Assembly: GCA_951406725.2 (NCBI GenBank)
Contig: OX597815.1
Coordinates: 175,088,001-175,152,000, forward strand
DNA: 64,000 nt
Direction of reading: 5' to 3'
From: Octopus vulgaris
Taxonomy: Eukaryota
Position 1 is the stretch's first letter. Every line of letters begins with the position of its first letter. A program made the position numbers and the translations under genes. Below are positions 48,196 to 60,102 of the stretch, piece after piece. The notes under the pieces were generated by a model, which worked only from the letters and a program-made list of their open reading frames with translations, did no database searches and had not been told where the DNA came from.

Positions 48196-49423
48196 TTGGG
48201 TTGGCAATTAAGTTCCCGTGGTTTTTAAAAATTTTGGAATCTATTTTTTCAAGAATTCTATTTTTGAATCATTTTGGAATCTATTTTGTCTTTTCTTTTC
48301 TAGTTAATTTTAGTTTATTTTCAGATCATTAAGATGGAATGTCAAGTTAAGAAAAATGAGCATTTTCCACACCTTCTTTTTGCTTTTAATCAAAGTTCTA
48401 AGGCCACAAAGGCTGCTCGCAACATTTGTGCTGTGTATGGAGAGGGTGCCATAGCTGAAAGAACTGCTCATGATTGGTATGCCAAGTTCAAAAATGGAAA
48501 TTTTGACCTTGAAGACGCACCTCGCTCTGGCCGTCCAGTTGAGTTTGATGAAGAGCGATTAAACCAACTTTTGCATGAAAATTCTCATCAAACAACAAGG
48601 GAACTGGCAGAGAAAATGGAATGCTCCCACACTGCTACAGAGAAGCAACTTCACTCGATGGGAAAGGTTCAGAAGTATGGAGCTTGGGTTCTGCATGCTT
48701 TAAGTGGCAACAAAAATCAATGAGCCACAATCTCCGCTGGTTTGCTTGCTTGTCACCACTCAACTCACGGACACAACCAAGGATTTCTTTACCGAATCAT
48801 TACTGGCAATGAAAAATGGTGCCTGTACATCAATATGAAGCAGCGTAAGGAATGGTTTAGCCCCAGTAAACAAGCAACACTGCAAATGAAACAAGATCTT
48901 CATTCGCGTAAAACATGCATATGGTGGGACTGGAAAAAAATTATCCAATACAAATTGCTTGAGTGGAACCAAACAGTCAATGCAGAACTCTATGTTCAAC
49001 AGATGGAACAACTCAACACGGCTATTCAAGAGAAAAGACCTAATTGGCAGCATGGAGTTCTGCTGTATGACAACGCCCACCCTCATATTGCCAATATGTC
49101 CAAGGAAGCCATTCAAATGCTGCCACACCCGCTGTACTCTCCTGATTTGGTACCAACGAATTTCCACCTCTTTTGATCTCTTTCAAATGCTATGTGCGGA
49201 GTTTCGTTCAATACTGATGCACAATTGAGAGCTTTGTTGGATCAATTTTTCGAGTCAAAATCGGATGATTTCTACCAACAATGTATTGAAAATCTTGTTG
49301 AACGTTAGGAAGAAGTTGTAAGCAACAAGGGTGAATACATTATTGATTAATTTGTCATTTTTTATTAAACCTTTTAAAAAATTTTAATTTAAAAAGAAAG
49401 TGGGAACTTAGTTGCCAACCCAA
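48196..49423 (+). mobile_element. Near full-length mariner (DD34D) transposon, transposase pseudogene 48334-49350
   Basis: TIRs ttgggttggcaattaagttccc / gggaacttagttgccaacccaa; HTH, RSGRP, WVLHAL, ITGNEKW, YDNAHPH, YSPDLVPTNFHLF; in-frame stops. Confidence 0.93.
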
Positions 49424-50440
49424 TATATATATGTGAGGGCATTGAGAGTGATAGCTGATAAGAGATGTTGAGGATGGAATATAGCAGAGAGATGGAGAGA
49501 GGGAGAGCAATGGCTGAAGGAACAGAAAGGACTGGCAGAAATAGTGGGCAGGGAAGATAACAAGAAATGGAAATAGTTGGGGGAGGGGGTATCCAAAGAG
49601 AGGAGATATATGTGCCACAGATAGAGAAGTGATGAATGTTAGGTGGTGAGATGTGGGGGAAATTCTTGACATAAGAAAGAAGATGGAGATGAAGCAGAGC
49701 TCCACATATACAATCATTAGTAAGGTGATTTTAGGATATCAATTATGGATGGGTCTTCATGACCACATGAAGCTGCCAGTCATCTCAAAAAACCATCATC
49801 TTTAGACTGACTTTCAATACTTTGTCCCAAGTCTTCCAGGGTCTTCTACCACAAATTCCATCCCACCTTAAATGATTGACACTTTTTTATGCAACTGTCC
49901 TTGTCCATATGCATCACATGGCCAAACTAACACAGTGTTCTCTCTTGTGCACTACATCTAATCCCTCTCATGCCCAACTTTTCCCTAACACATAAGCACT
50001 GTCATACATGCAAACTGACATTGCACATTCAACACAGCATATTAGCTCCATCTCTTTTCTAATCTTCACATGTCCTCTGCATTTAAGGCCCAGATCTCAT
50101 TACCATGTAGCAATACTGTTCATACACATGCGTCATACAATCTTCCTTACACTCAAAGAGAGAAAGAGAAACCATCCTGTACATATTCTAACAATTACAC
50201 TCTTGGAGCATCTTCCTCCACTGCTAATTAGATTACCTAGTTAACAGAAATTATCTACTAACTCTAGAGAGCTTCCAGTGTGACCTCAGACTCTATGGCT
50301 ACTAAGCACCTACAGACCTTTGGAAGTATTATGTGCGTGAGAAAACCCGGCAAGACCAGTGAGAACAGTCAAAATCAAAATCAAACCAAATCAATTCATA
50401 TATCAGAAAGCAGAACCAAATTGAGGTCGATCAACATCAG

Positions 50441-50785
50441 GGCCCCCGTGCAGGTGACACGTAAAAGCACCATCCGTTCGTGGCCGTTTGCCAGCCCTGT
50501 CTGGCCCCCGTGTCGGTGGCACGTAAAAGCACCATCCGTTCGTGTTCGTTGCCAGCCTCGCCTGGCCCCCGTGTCGGTGACACGTAAAAGCACCATCCGT
50601 TCGTGGCCGTTTGCCAGCTCTGTCTGGCCCCCGTGTCGGTGACACATAAAAGCACCATCCGTTCGTGTCCGTTGCCAGCCTCGCCTGGCCCCCGTGCCGG
50701 TGACACGTAAAAGCACCATCCATTCGTGGCCGTTTGCCAGCTCTGTCTGGCACCTGTGCGGGTGGCACGTAAAAAGCACCCACTA
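50441..50785 (+). repeat. Tandem array of 61/62-bp alternating units in an RTE 3' UTR
   Basis: Unit starts 50441, 50503, 50564, 50626, 50687, 50749; followed by the RTE tail and (GAT)n to 50950. Confidence 0.95.
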
Positions 50786-51748
50786 CACTCACTGAGTGGT
50801 TGGCGTTAGGAAGGGCATCCAGCCGTAGAAACACTGCCAGATCTGACTGGGCCTGATGAAGCCTTCCAGCTTCACAGACCCCAGTTGAACCGTCCAACCC
50901 ATGCTAGCATGGAAAACAGACGCTAAAAGACAATGATGATGATGATGATACAAACACTACTTTCTATGTTTTAGCCTTCCTATTATTCCACTGCATCTCT
51001 TGTGTGTCCTTAGCTTGCACTGAAAACACCTGCCTACATATCAATCAGGGCCACTTACCCGAAAAGGATAGTGATCCTGTCTGTTTTATTGCTTACTAGA
51101 ACCTTGGTCTTTAACAAGTTAACTTTAAGACCTTTCAATTCTAGCTTTGGATGCTGGTGATTTTATATCAAGTATACTAAGTACTGAGCAAGACCATAGC
51201 GCTGAAGATTTCTCTCGTCTTTCTTTCTTATTTAGTCTTTGCTAAGTTTACCTTGGGGAAACTCAAGTCTAAGTTTAGCTTTCATGCCTGGAATTTCCTA
51301 ATTCGCTTCCTCTCCTTCTCCACAACCATGTAAATCTCACTCTCCCCATCCATTACACCTGTTTCTCCACCCCCCACCCCACGCACACGTCATTTCTCTC
51401 TCCTGTAGCCTTTCTTACCCAAAGAGGATCTTAGGATGCATGGCAACATTACTAGAGCTGGAGCCATAAAAACCAATTAACCAGTGCACAGTTTATAAAG
51501 TGATTGGCATTAGGAAGGGCATCTGTCCATAGAACCCATGCCAAAGCAGACCTCAGAATACACTGCAGTTGTTGGATCTATCAGATCCTGTGAAATCACC
51601 CAACCCACGCCCACAAGGAACAATGGACATTAAACGATAAGGATGACGTATACCCACCCACCTACACACATATCCATTGTCACCTGACACATTTTTTCAA
51701 CTGTCATACCTGCCTATGCTCACACTAATTTAAAAAAACCAAACTTAC

Positions 51749-51949
51749 ATTTCTGAAGCAGGATGGCACGACTCAGCATAGTTGCTCAACATTTTGGTGA
51801 ACTGACAAAAAGCTCTGGATGGCTCATCAGCAAACTGGACGAGAAAGTCCTCAGGAGATTTCACATCAATAACTCGTAGCTTGTGCTTGCTGCCATATTT
51901 CAGGTTCTCAGAAACAAGAGGCACATCACAGGCCATAACAGGAGACGAC
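51749..51949 (-). CDS. TDRD1: TDRD1-like exon (SSPVMACDVP...VIDVKSPEDFLVQ...HPASE), start of eTudor 2
   Basis: cttcag acceptor; AAT|gtaagt donor; SPxxFxVQ eTudor motif. Confidence 0.9.
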
Positions 51950-53154
51950 CTGAAGTTTGGAAAAAAAGAAAAAGAAAAGAATATTTTCCAGATTTATAAT
52001 GCAAGAAAACAAAACACCTTTCTTTCAAAAGACATTTCCTTCCAATGTTAGTGAGCAGTTCAATTACCCATTCTTTTCTTTTGAATTGCTGAATTCATAC
52101 ATTTAGAATTTTGTCGGAAAAGTTTCCCTACCATTGGATGCTCATCTGACCACCGAAACAGGAACTGAATCTATGAGTGATGCTAACCAAAATCATTAGC
52201 AAAAATATTATTTAGCTCTTTCACATTCAAGCCAGTCAGATCCGACCAAACTATTTAACCTGTTTCATGTTGAAACCGGCCAGATCCAACCTCTCACCTC
52301 AACTCTACAATGGCATTCTAAGACTAAACAATCACATTAGTGAAATCTCTAAACTGTAAGATAATGCAGGATTAATTCAAGACAAAAAACTTCAGAGATT
52401 TACAATCTGTCCATATCTTTAAGCAACAGGTAACTTATTCCAACATATATGCATGATACAAGATTGGATTTAATCTTAAACCTTTTATTTTTAAACTTAT
52501 GGTAGCAATCCTCTTCACTGAGAATTGTACATTAGGATTAATTTGGGAGTAAGATTCCCAGTTCGTGTCCAGTCCGGAAAAAGAAATCAGAAAGAAGTAG
52601 ATATACCTTAATATACATAAATGTTAATAGTGCAGAAAAACAATAATTTTAGTAACTTCTCTGAGACACTTAGTCTTTAAGGTCCAACAAACTAACAGTT
52701 GCTCCCAAAAATTGTCAAAAAGAAAAAAAATAAAATAAAATAAAATGATTGTTTCCAGGAAGCAAAAGTGCTTTTCATTTAGGAATAGCAATGCCAATTG
52801 CCTTATTCTGCAAGAGGAGCTCTCAAACAGCAAGTTTGAATCACAACCCTTGATTGTCCTCAAATAGAACACAAACAGGAATACAAGAGGTGTAACAGCA
52901 ATGTAACGGTGGGATTAAGTGATAGGATTAAGTCAACAATCCAAGAATTGATATGCTTCATCTAATGTTTCCCCTCAACCAAATACAATCAGATCATCAA
53001 AATCCCAAAGTTAGAATTCAAAACAGTGTGAATGAATAAGCATTAGATTTGAGAGAGTAATCCGAATGTGTTAAGTGTTAAGCTGGAAGGAGTCGGGACA
53101 GGTTTGTTGTGATGGAGATTTATGGCCATGTTCCACTTGACATTTGTGGGTGAG

Positions 53155-53158
<4 letters not shown>

Positions 53159-53190
<32 letters not shown>

Positions 53191-53202
53191 AGGAGAGAGA
53201 GA
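53159..53202. repeat. (GA)n microsatellite
   Basis: Directly visible. Confidence 0.9.
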
Positions 53203-53258
53203 CAAAGCAGTGTAAACTGGTCAAGATGACTTTGAAAGAGTTAAAGAGGAAAACTTAC

Positions 53259-53367
53259 TTCACAATCTGGGGAGTATTCACACTACTTGTTTTAGTAGTT
53301 TCGCTAGGTAATGCTGTGGTATTCAAATCCAAACTGCTGACAATTTTTTTATTGATTTTGTTTCCGT
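53259..53367 (-). CDS. TDRD1: TDRD1-like exon (DGNKINKKIVSSLDLNTTALPSETTKTSSVNTPQIV)
   Basis: catcag acceptor; GAA|gtaagt donor; phase 1 to 2, as its neighbours require. Confidence 0.85.
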
Positions 53368-53513
53368 CTGATGAAAGTAAAAAAGAAAAAAGTAAATAGA
53401 AATGAATAGTAGTGGACAAATTGGTGATTCACAAGTTTTAGTGACTGAAACAAATTTTAGAGAATTATAAGAGGGAGACTGGGACTGCAGGGGTTAAATT
53501 TCATACAACTTAC

Positions 53514-53670
53514 CAGCATCATATATAAATACTTCTGGAGGAGTTGAATCCTTGACTACTTTCAGCTGATATTGAGAATCTTGGAGTATATGCTTTCCAA
53601 TGAAAGCAGCAAGTTTTGTAGAATTCTTAGAAGTCGCTTCAAGAGGAAGACTCAGCACACAACACACTGC
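53514..53670 (-). CDS. TDRD1: TDRD1-like exon (AVCCVLSLPLEATSK...PEVFIYDA)
   Basis: ttgtag acceptor; CTG|gtaagt donor; PxQA-xxCxL continuation of eTudor. Confidence 0.88.
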
Positions 53671-53794
53671 CTACAAATAGATTTACATTGAGCAATAATT
53701 TTGAGGTCCTGTCACTTGCATCTCAACTACATTCAGTGGTCCTTCTCCCACAAGTCAAATGCCTATACAACATAAAATGTAAGCCCTTGTATAA

Positions 53795-54015
53795 CCCTTT
53801 TGTTACCATATTTATTTTAAGAGGCTCTGTGTTTCTTTCCATTAATTTTAAATATAACAAAGAATTAAGTAAAATAACTTAGTTATCATTAAGCTAGTGT
53901 TAAGAACATAAACTGTGACTAAGGTTTGGTGGAAGATTTTAATTCAAAACTTATGAAAACAAGACATTTGTACTCAGAGCCAGAGGCTGATTCAGCCAGG
54001 TTGGTATTGAAATGG
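53795..54015. mobile_element. Second copy of the piggyBac-type MITE
   Basis: Colinear and highly similar to 25194-25411; termini decayed. Confidence 0.85.
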
Positions 54016-54298
54016 ATAGTAGTCTATTATTACATGTAGAGAGAAAACATTTTTTTAGGGCCTAATAATGCAGCAGTTCTCTTAAATTCATTCCCCGCTA
54101 TCAAACCCTGGGGACTATAAGTTTAGTTCTACATTGCCAACAAAGAGCAATGCAAGCGACTCACACAACTCACAGTTACTTATCCTCCTATCAGCTAATT
54201 TCACCAAGGTATAGTTTTAGCATCAGTTTTACAGCACCTTTTATCACCATAGCAACTAAAATATAATGCCCTCCCATAAAAACAGAATCTAAATTTAC

Positions 54299-54526
54299 CT
54301 GTTGTGGCACTTGTTTCAGTTCAGGAGGAAGTACTCTCAACTTGTCAATTGTAGTTATTTCACAATTACCAAAATCTACGTATTTCACTTTCACTCTGTT
54401 AGGCTTCAAGATTTCCAGAAGCATTGCTCGATACCAAACACCATCTTCACTAAACACACAGGCATACAACTGGCCGACTCTCAATGACTTCTTGTTCCAT
54501 AATGGAGAATCCTCATCTTTACATGA
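54299..54526 (-). CDS. TDRD1: TDRD1-like exon, Tudor 1 core (GQLYACVFSEDGVWYRA...YVDFGNCE...VPQQ)
   Basis: tttcag acceptor; CAG|gtaaat donor; canonical Tudor aromatic cage. Confidence 0.95.
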
Positions 54527-54653
54527 CTGAAACAGGATACAAAACAAAAACCAAATTAAATTATGTTTATTGAATTGTTAAATTCATTTATGATAATGAA
54601 GACGGATATTAAATGAGGATGAAGAAGAGGTAAAGATTTCATAATGTACTCAC

Positions 54654-54752
54654 CTCGTATAATTTACAGAGAATTTCCTTTTGTATATTTTGGTTCTTTT
54701 CTGTACTTAACTGAACGAATATGTTCAACTCATTGATATAAGTCACCAAAAC
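54654..54752 (-). CDS. TDRD1: TDRD1-like exon (VLVTYINELNIFVQLSTEKNQNIQKEILCKLYE), start of extended Tudor 1
   Basis: aag acceptor; GAG|gtgagt donor; eTudor N-terminal strand-helix pattern. Confidence 0.88.
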
Positions 54753-55070
54753 CTTTAAACGAAAAAAACAAAATAGCTTATAAAAGACACAAACATATTT
54801 ATACCACAAGCAACCACTTATTGTTGCAAAAAAATAAAAAAATAAATCATTCATGCCGACACAAACTTGAAGCCATTTAAAAATACAATTAAATTTAGTT
54901 GATAAAATGATAGAATTTTAGATTTCATTTGTGAAATGAGAAAAAGCAGCCATGAAATGAGAAGGCTGTCTTTCAAATCTATTTTTTTCACATTCTCTCT
55001 TGCCTTAGATGATAATGAAATTTATGAAAGGTTAATTTGAAAAATAAATAGATGAAAAGAAGCAACCAAC

Positions 55071-55424
55071 CTGACAAGTGCCACGACATGGTAATTCAAC
55101 AGTTTCTAATTCATTGCTTTCTCCATTAGAAACAGTGGAACCAATGTAGGATTCTTCAAAATCATCATTCCCAGCCACTGTGCGTTCATGTTTGCTATTA
55201 CTACGAGCAGGTTTAGTATGAGACAGGACACTCCCTAACCATTTATCAGCAGCTTCATGATCAGAAAAGGCATTTTCTACATCTGATTCCCTTTTTGAAA
55301 ATGACTTTCTTGGGGATTTACTTGGTTTTGGCTTTACAGCATCAGATTTGGGGGTAAAACCACTAACTTTTTGACTTGGCAATGAAGAATTATGCCTTGT
55401 TTGATGGTTGTTCTGGCGGGATTG
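55071..55424 (-). CDS. TDRD1: TDRD1-like exon (QSRQNNHQTRH...ELETVELPCRGTCQ)
   Basis: tttcag acceptor; CAG|gttggt donor; inside ORF 55032..55652. Confidence 0.85.
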
Positions 55425-56851
55425 CTGAAATAGAAGAAAATTAACTCTATTAAGTACACAATAACGCAGTTCTCTAAGCAGCAACAGGATACAATCTAAA
55501 ATAATTGACAAAAGACTTAATGCTGTCCAATGACAATGCATTAGTCTATTAAAAGGTGTCAGAAAGGGCAGCATCCAGCCATAGAAACCATCCAAATCAG
55601 ACTGGAGCCTCACACAGCTCTCCAGTTTGCTAGCTCTGGTCAAACTGTCCAACCTTTGCCAGCATGGACAACAAACATTAAACGATGTTGTAATTCATGA
55701 ATATACTCATCAAAACAGACAAAAAATAAAAAATTATAGGTTGTTTTTTTTTTAATACAAACTGAAGAGTCTTAACTATTCCCAAATTATGAAATTCCAC
55801 TTTCTCTACATCAACTGTAGCAGCAGTTCAACTAGCCACTAGTACTAGCAACATAACAAAACAAAACACCATGAAACTAAAGCTATATGAAATAGCTGCA
55901 ATGCTAGTTAGTTCTCTGAACTGAAATTGTACCACCTTGCAAAGATCTCACCATCATAAAGAATCCTCAAATTTATCAGAACTTATGCATAAGAGAATAT
56001 CCACTATCCTAATTTTACGACATAGTCCTGCATCATCATTTAGTGTGTTTTCCATGCTGACATGGGTTGGACGTTTTGACAGGAGCTGGCAAGTCAGTCA
56101 GCACATAGTGGTCAAATACTATTCTAAACTGTTAGGCCAATCTAGGAACTGACCAGGTGCACTGTTTCCACCCTCTCAACAACAATCACTAAGGACATCT
56201 AGGGAACAAACTTAAAAATGACAACTTTGCACAAAAATATTTCACATCTTTAAAGAGGCCAAGTTGTTTGTCCTCATACTACAGTATCTTCTACCCACCC
56301 ATCATCATCATTTAACGTCCGCTTTCCATGCTGGCATGGGTTGGACGATTTGACTGAAATCTGGCGAACCAGACTCCAATCTGATCTGGCAGAGTTTCTA
56401 CAGCTGGATGCCCTTCCTAACGCCAACCACTCCAAGAGTGTAGTGGGTGCTTTTACGTGCCACCGGCACGAGGGCCAGTTTGGTGGTCCTGGCACCCAAA
56501 CACACTGAAATAGCAATGTTACACTCCAGCCACTGTACCTGGATGGATATCATAGTTCAAAGGAAGAGTGACTGTCATGCTCTGACCAAGTTTATCTTTA
56601 TACTTACTTTATACTGTGGCCATCACTAGAATCTATAGATCTACAGAAATGAGGATAGAGTCTAGATCCAGGATTCAACACTAAATCTCATACAATAAAC
56701 TAATGCCTAGTAAATCCCAGAACAGAAGTAGGTGTGCAACACCTAAATGTTCAAACAACTGCCTGAAGTTTCTTCAACCAGAATTCATCTACAAAAGCAA
56801 CAATAATCTTCAGTGATTAAGCAAGATAAGGCTTTTTTCAAATGTACTCAC

Positions 56852-56939
56852 ATTGTCTTTAAACTTTGACTTGTTTCCAGATGTATTTAAATTTAAATCA
56901 ACATCAAACCGGTCAGCAAGTTCCTGGAGAGACATATTA
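56852..56939 (-). CDS. TDRD1: TDRD1-like exon (NMSLQELADRFDVDLNLNTSGNKSKFKDN)
   Basis: ttcttag acceptor; AAT|gtgagt donor; phase 2 to 0 bridges its neighbours. Confidence 0.82.
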
Positions 56940-57440
56940 CTAAGAAAAGAGAAATATTTTTTTTATATAAATAAAATTCATTGTTCTTGCATAAACTGTA
57001 ATTTTTTTCTGGATATACCAGTACACAGACAAAATATGAAGTTATTGTAATTTTATTAAAATACAGAATTATTTCCTGTTGATATTAGAGGAAGAGTATT
57101 CAGCCATAAAAACCCAGCTGAAATAAACTCCAAAGTGTGGTGCAGGCTCCTGTCAAACTGTCCAACCCATGCCAGCATGGAAGGCAGATGTTAAACAATG
57201 ATAATGACTCATATGTACAAGAGAAGTTTCTACTCATCCTCCTGTTCCAACTTTTTGTGAACCTTTCAGCCACATTCAGTGATGACCACAAGAATTTTAC
57301 TAAAGCATCTGTGACAAACAACAGACCTATCAAGCTGGTCGCCTGATATTCTATGAACTCCACAAAATCTTAGATCTGGAGTCTAAATTTTCTATCATGA
57401 GAGTTAGAAATCTGATCACAAATCAAAAGAAATATCATAC

Positions 57441-57540
57441 CTAAAACTAAAACATCTCTTTTCATGACCATTCGTCCAGTCCTTCGTTTGACAGCGAATA
57501 CTACAATATGGTACTTTGCAGTTGGAACATCTTTTGGTAG
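57441..57540 (-). CDS. TDRD1: TDRD1-like exon (ATKRCSNCKVPYCSIRCQTKDWTNGHEKRCFSF), MYND body
   Basis: tttttcag acceptor; TTAG|gtatga donor; CxxC-YCxxxCQxxxWxxxHxxxC. Confidence 0.93.
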
Positions 57541-58724
57541 CTGAAAAACAAGTCATTTAAACTTTTTGTTAAAAATACCAAGTCAGACTTATAGTAGAAA
57601 CAATAAAACAAATAAGAAGCTGTGACATTCAAGCCTTTCCTTCAATGCAAGTGAATGGTGTTATAATGTTGGTCTTGGCAGATCCCTTAAACATTTATCT
57701 TCAATGACAAGTGGCTCCCACCCTGTGCAGTTTGCACACCCAACACAACCCTATCACATGAAAGTTATTTACAAGTTACACAAATAGCCCATAAACCTAT
57801 GGAGTTCTTTGAGAATCTGCTGTAAAGCAGTAAAATTTTATAGCAGGTTTGTATCCAATATTCATGGGATTAAAGGCCTTTATTTCAACTAGTGACCCAT
57901 TGTGGGCCACAGACCTTCTCATAAAAGTTGTGGTTGTTAAGAAATAATCTCACATTTCTAGTTGCTTTCTTTACACTAATATCAGAGTTATTTTGACAAG
58001 AAGAAATAAATTATAGATGAAATTCAATTAGACATTTTCAATCGGTTGTCTCCATACTGAGATACAGACCATTCCAATTGTATTTGCTCTCAGTCATTGG
58101 TAACTCAGTTGAAATATTTACAAGTTCTTTGTTGTTAGACAGATATTGAATCTTTACAGAAACCTGCTGTAAGGTGTGCATGTTATATCATCAGGGAAAG
58201 TAATCAACATGCTTGGCACATGCAAACACAAAAACACTAATGGCATGCAGACATGTCTACACACGGTTAATTATTGTCAGTGTGCAAGTACATGTGCCAA
58301 AATTATTCATGTGTGCATGTCCCGGTAGCTTCATTGGAATCTCTCACTCTCTATTGCACATACACTTTTACCACCTCTTTCAGAACATGACAGATTTCTT
58401 TCAAACCACAAGAATCCATCATATGCAGTTCAATATAATAAATGCTATTATGGCCCTCGCTTCTCACCTGGCACACAGCCATCACCTTTGCTTCCACTCC
58501 CTCTCCTGGATAGAAGGTCTTTGTCTTGCAACCTATTTGGTAACCCTATTGATGTGACTAAAAGACGCTCAGTATACTTCGTAAGTGGCTGGCATTAGGA
58601 AGGGCATCCAGTCATAGAAACCATGCCAAAGAAAACACTTGGAGCCTGGTGCAGCTCTCCAGCTCCTGTCAAACCCATGCCAGCAGGGAAAACAGACATT
58701 AAATGATATCAAATTTAATCTCAC

Positions 58725-58778
58725 CTTCACTCCCACAATTTACACACTTGTTCTTCAACTGCAATATTCCAAAACCAT
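58725..58778 (-). CDS. TDRD1: TDRD1-like 54-nt exon (DGFGILQLKNKCVNCGSE), first CxxC of MYND
   Basis: ttgtag acceptor; GAAG|gtgaga donor; phase 1-1; supplies the first CxxC at canonical spacing. Confidence 0.85.
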
Positions 58779-59219
58779 CTACAATTATAAAAGAAAGAAT
58801 ACATTGATCAGCAAAAGCCAAAGAACAACCCAAAGACATTTGACATCTATTAGCTGAGATTAGTTGAAAGAAGAGTTGCGGAATTTTTCATATTCAGGAG
58901 TAATGAGTAGATGTAATGAAGAGTAAAGTCAGAACTGAGGGTGTAGGGCAACCAATCACAGGAGTTCACTGAAATTTAGTACAGTTGTTTTGTTTTGATC
59001 CTAGACATGAGTCTATCTGACTGACAAACTGGTTCCACTCCCTAAATAGAAGCAACAACACCCAGCTATAAATGTCAACTGATATAAAACTGTTTCAACA
59101 AAACTCATACCAATTTTACTAAGGAAGAAAAGTGAATGTAAAAATCAGAAATTTGCAAACTGTCCTTCAGCATGCAGCTGAGTTAATGGGAGAGAATATT
59201 GTTTGTCCCAGTCACTGCT

Positions 59220-59460
59220 AGTGAAGGCAAGTGGCATAATGGTCAGGTGTGTTCAGCTCAGAATCGTAAGGCCACACATTGTGTCCTTGAGCAGATGACG
59301 ATGCTCTAGCCCACCCACTAGGCAAAAATGAGTAGTGCTTGTATTTCAAAGGGCCAATCTTATCGCAGTCTGTATCATGCTGAATCTCCCTGAGAACTAT
59401 GTTATGGGTACACGTGTGTGTGTGTAGAGCGTTCAAATCACTTGCACATTCATTGCAACC
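59220..59460 (+). mobile_element. tRNA-derived SINE of a third family (head fragment also ~45783-45895)
   Basis: gtgaaggcaagtggcataatggt A-box-like head; tgtgtccttgagca motif. Confidence 0.5.
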
Positions 59461-60102
59461 AGGGTGCCAGTTAGAGTCACTCCTGCTCTAACAAGCCAAT
59501 CAGCAAAAGCTCTCCAACCATGAACACCCATTAAACCCTTTATATTTACTGTATCTAGGTCTACATTCTCTATTGTGTTCTTTTTCCATAAGACAGTGGA
59601 ATATAATTTGAGGTAGATTTTGATGCTATTTCTTGAAGATACTACCCGTTTAGCTGAACACCATTTAACCAGTTTCAAAATGGTAACTCAGTGAAGAAGT
59701 GTGTATCTGCCTAAAACAATTATATTTTTTCTCTTTCTATGGTCCAATAATACCATGTTGGTTGTATTATTCAGTGATGGTAGGCCTGCAAATATCTCAA
59801 CACCTGCTTCTCTCCACATCTATCAATGTCACAATATCAACACTTCAACTATTCTAGTTTTCTTAAACACATACACACAATCAGTTGCGCACTTACACAT
59901 TCACAGTGGTAGTGATGGACTCGTTAGGAGTCATTCATAAAAAGAGACCTAAAAATGTTTCAGTTTAGCGAGTACCACATCATAAATGGTAAAATCCAAG
60001 CAGTCTCGGGCTGGTTCGATATTGTGAAGTTATTTCCAGTAAATGTTTGAGACCGACAACACTGATGCAAATTCCACATAACAAATGTCAATAAGACAAT
60101 TA

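Larger units (their letters stand above)
47790..51150 (-). mobile_element. RTE LINE fragment hosting a mariner (48196-49423) and a + strand RTE tail (~50320-50950)
   Basis: Tail 47790-47900; purine-rich UTR on both sides of the mariner; ORF remnant 49800-50310 resumes at 50950 (PHD remnant, KVNLLKTKVL). Confidence 0.7.

Noticed and set aside
50570-50630. Resemblance of CGTG..CACG-TAAAA to the pistol ribozyme P1/AAA region
   Set aside because: The pseudoknot partner follows the A-run directly; I could not place pistol P2/P3 or its cleavage site, nor a hammerhead or HDV core. Not called a ribozyme.
50441-50785. CRISPR-like array of palindromic repeats
   Set aside because: Eukaryotic context, no cas genes, and the inter-repeat segments alternate between two near-identical variants rather than unique spacers; it is part of a LINE 3' UTR.
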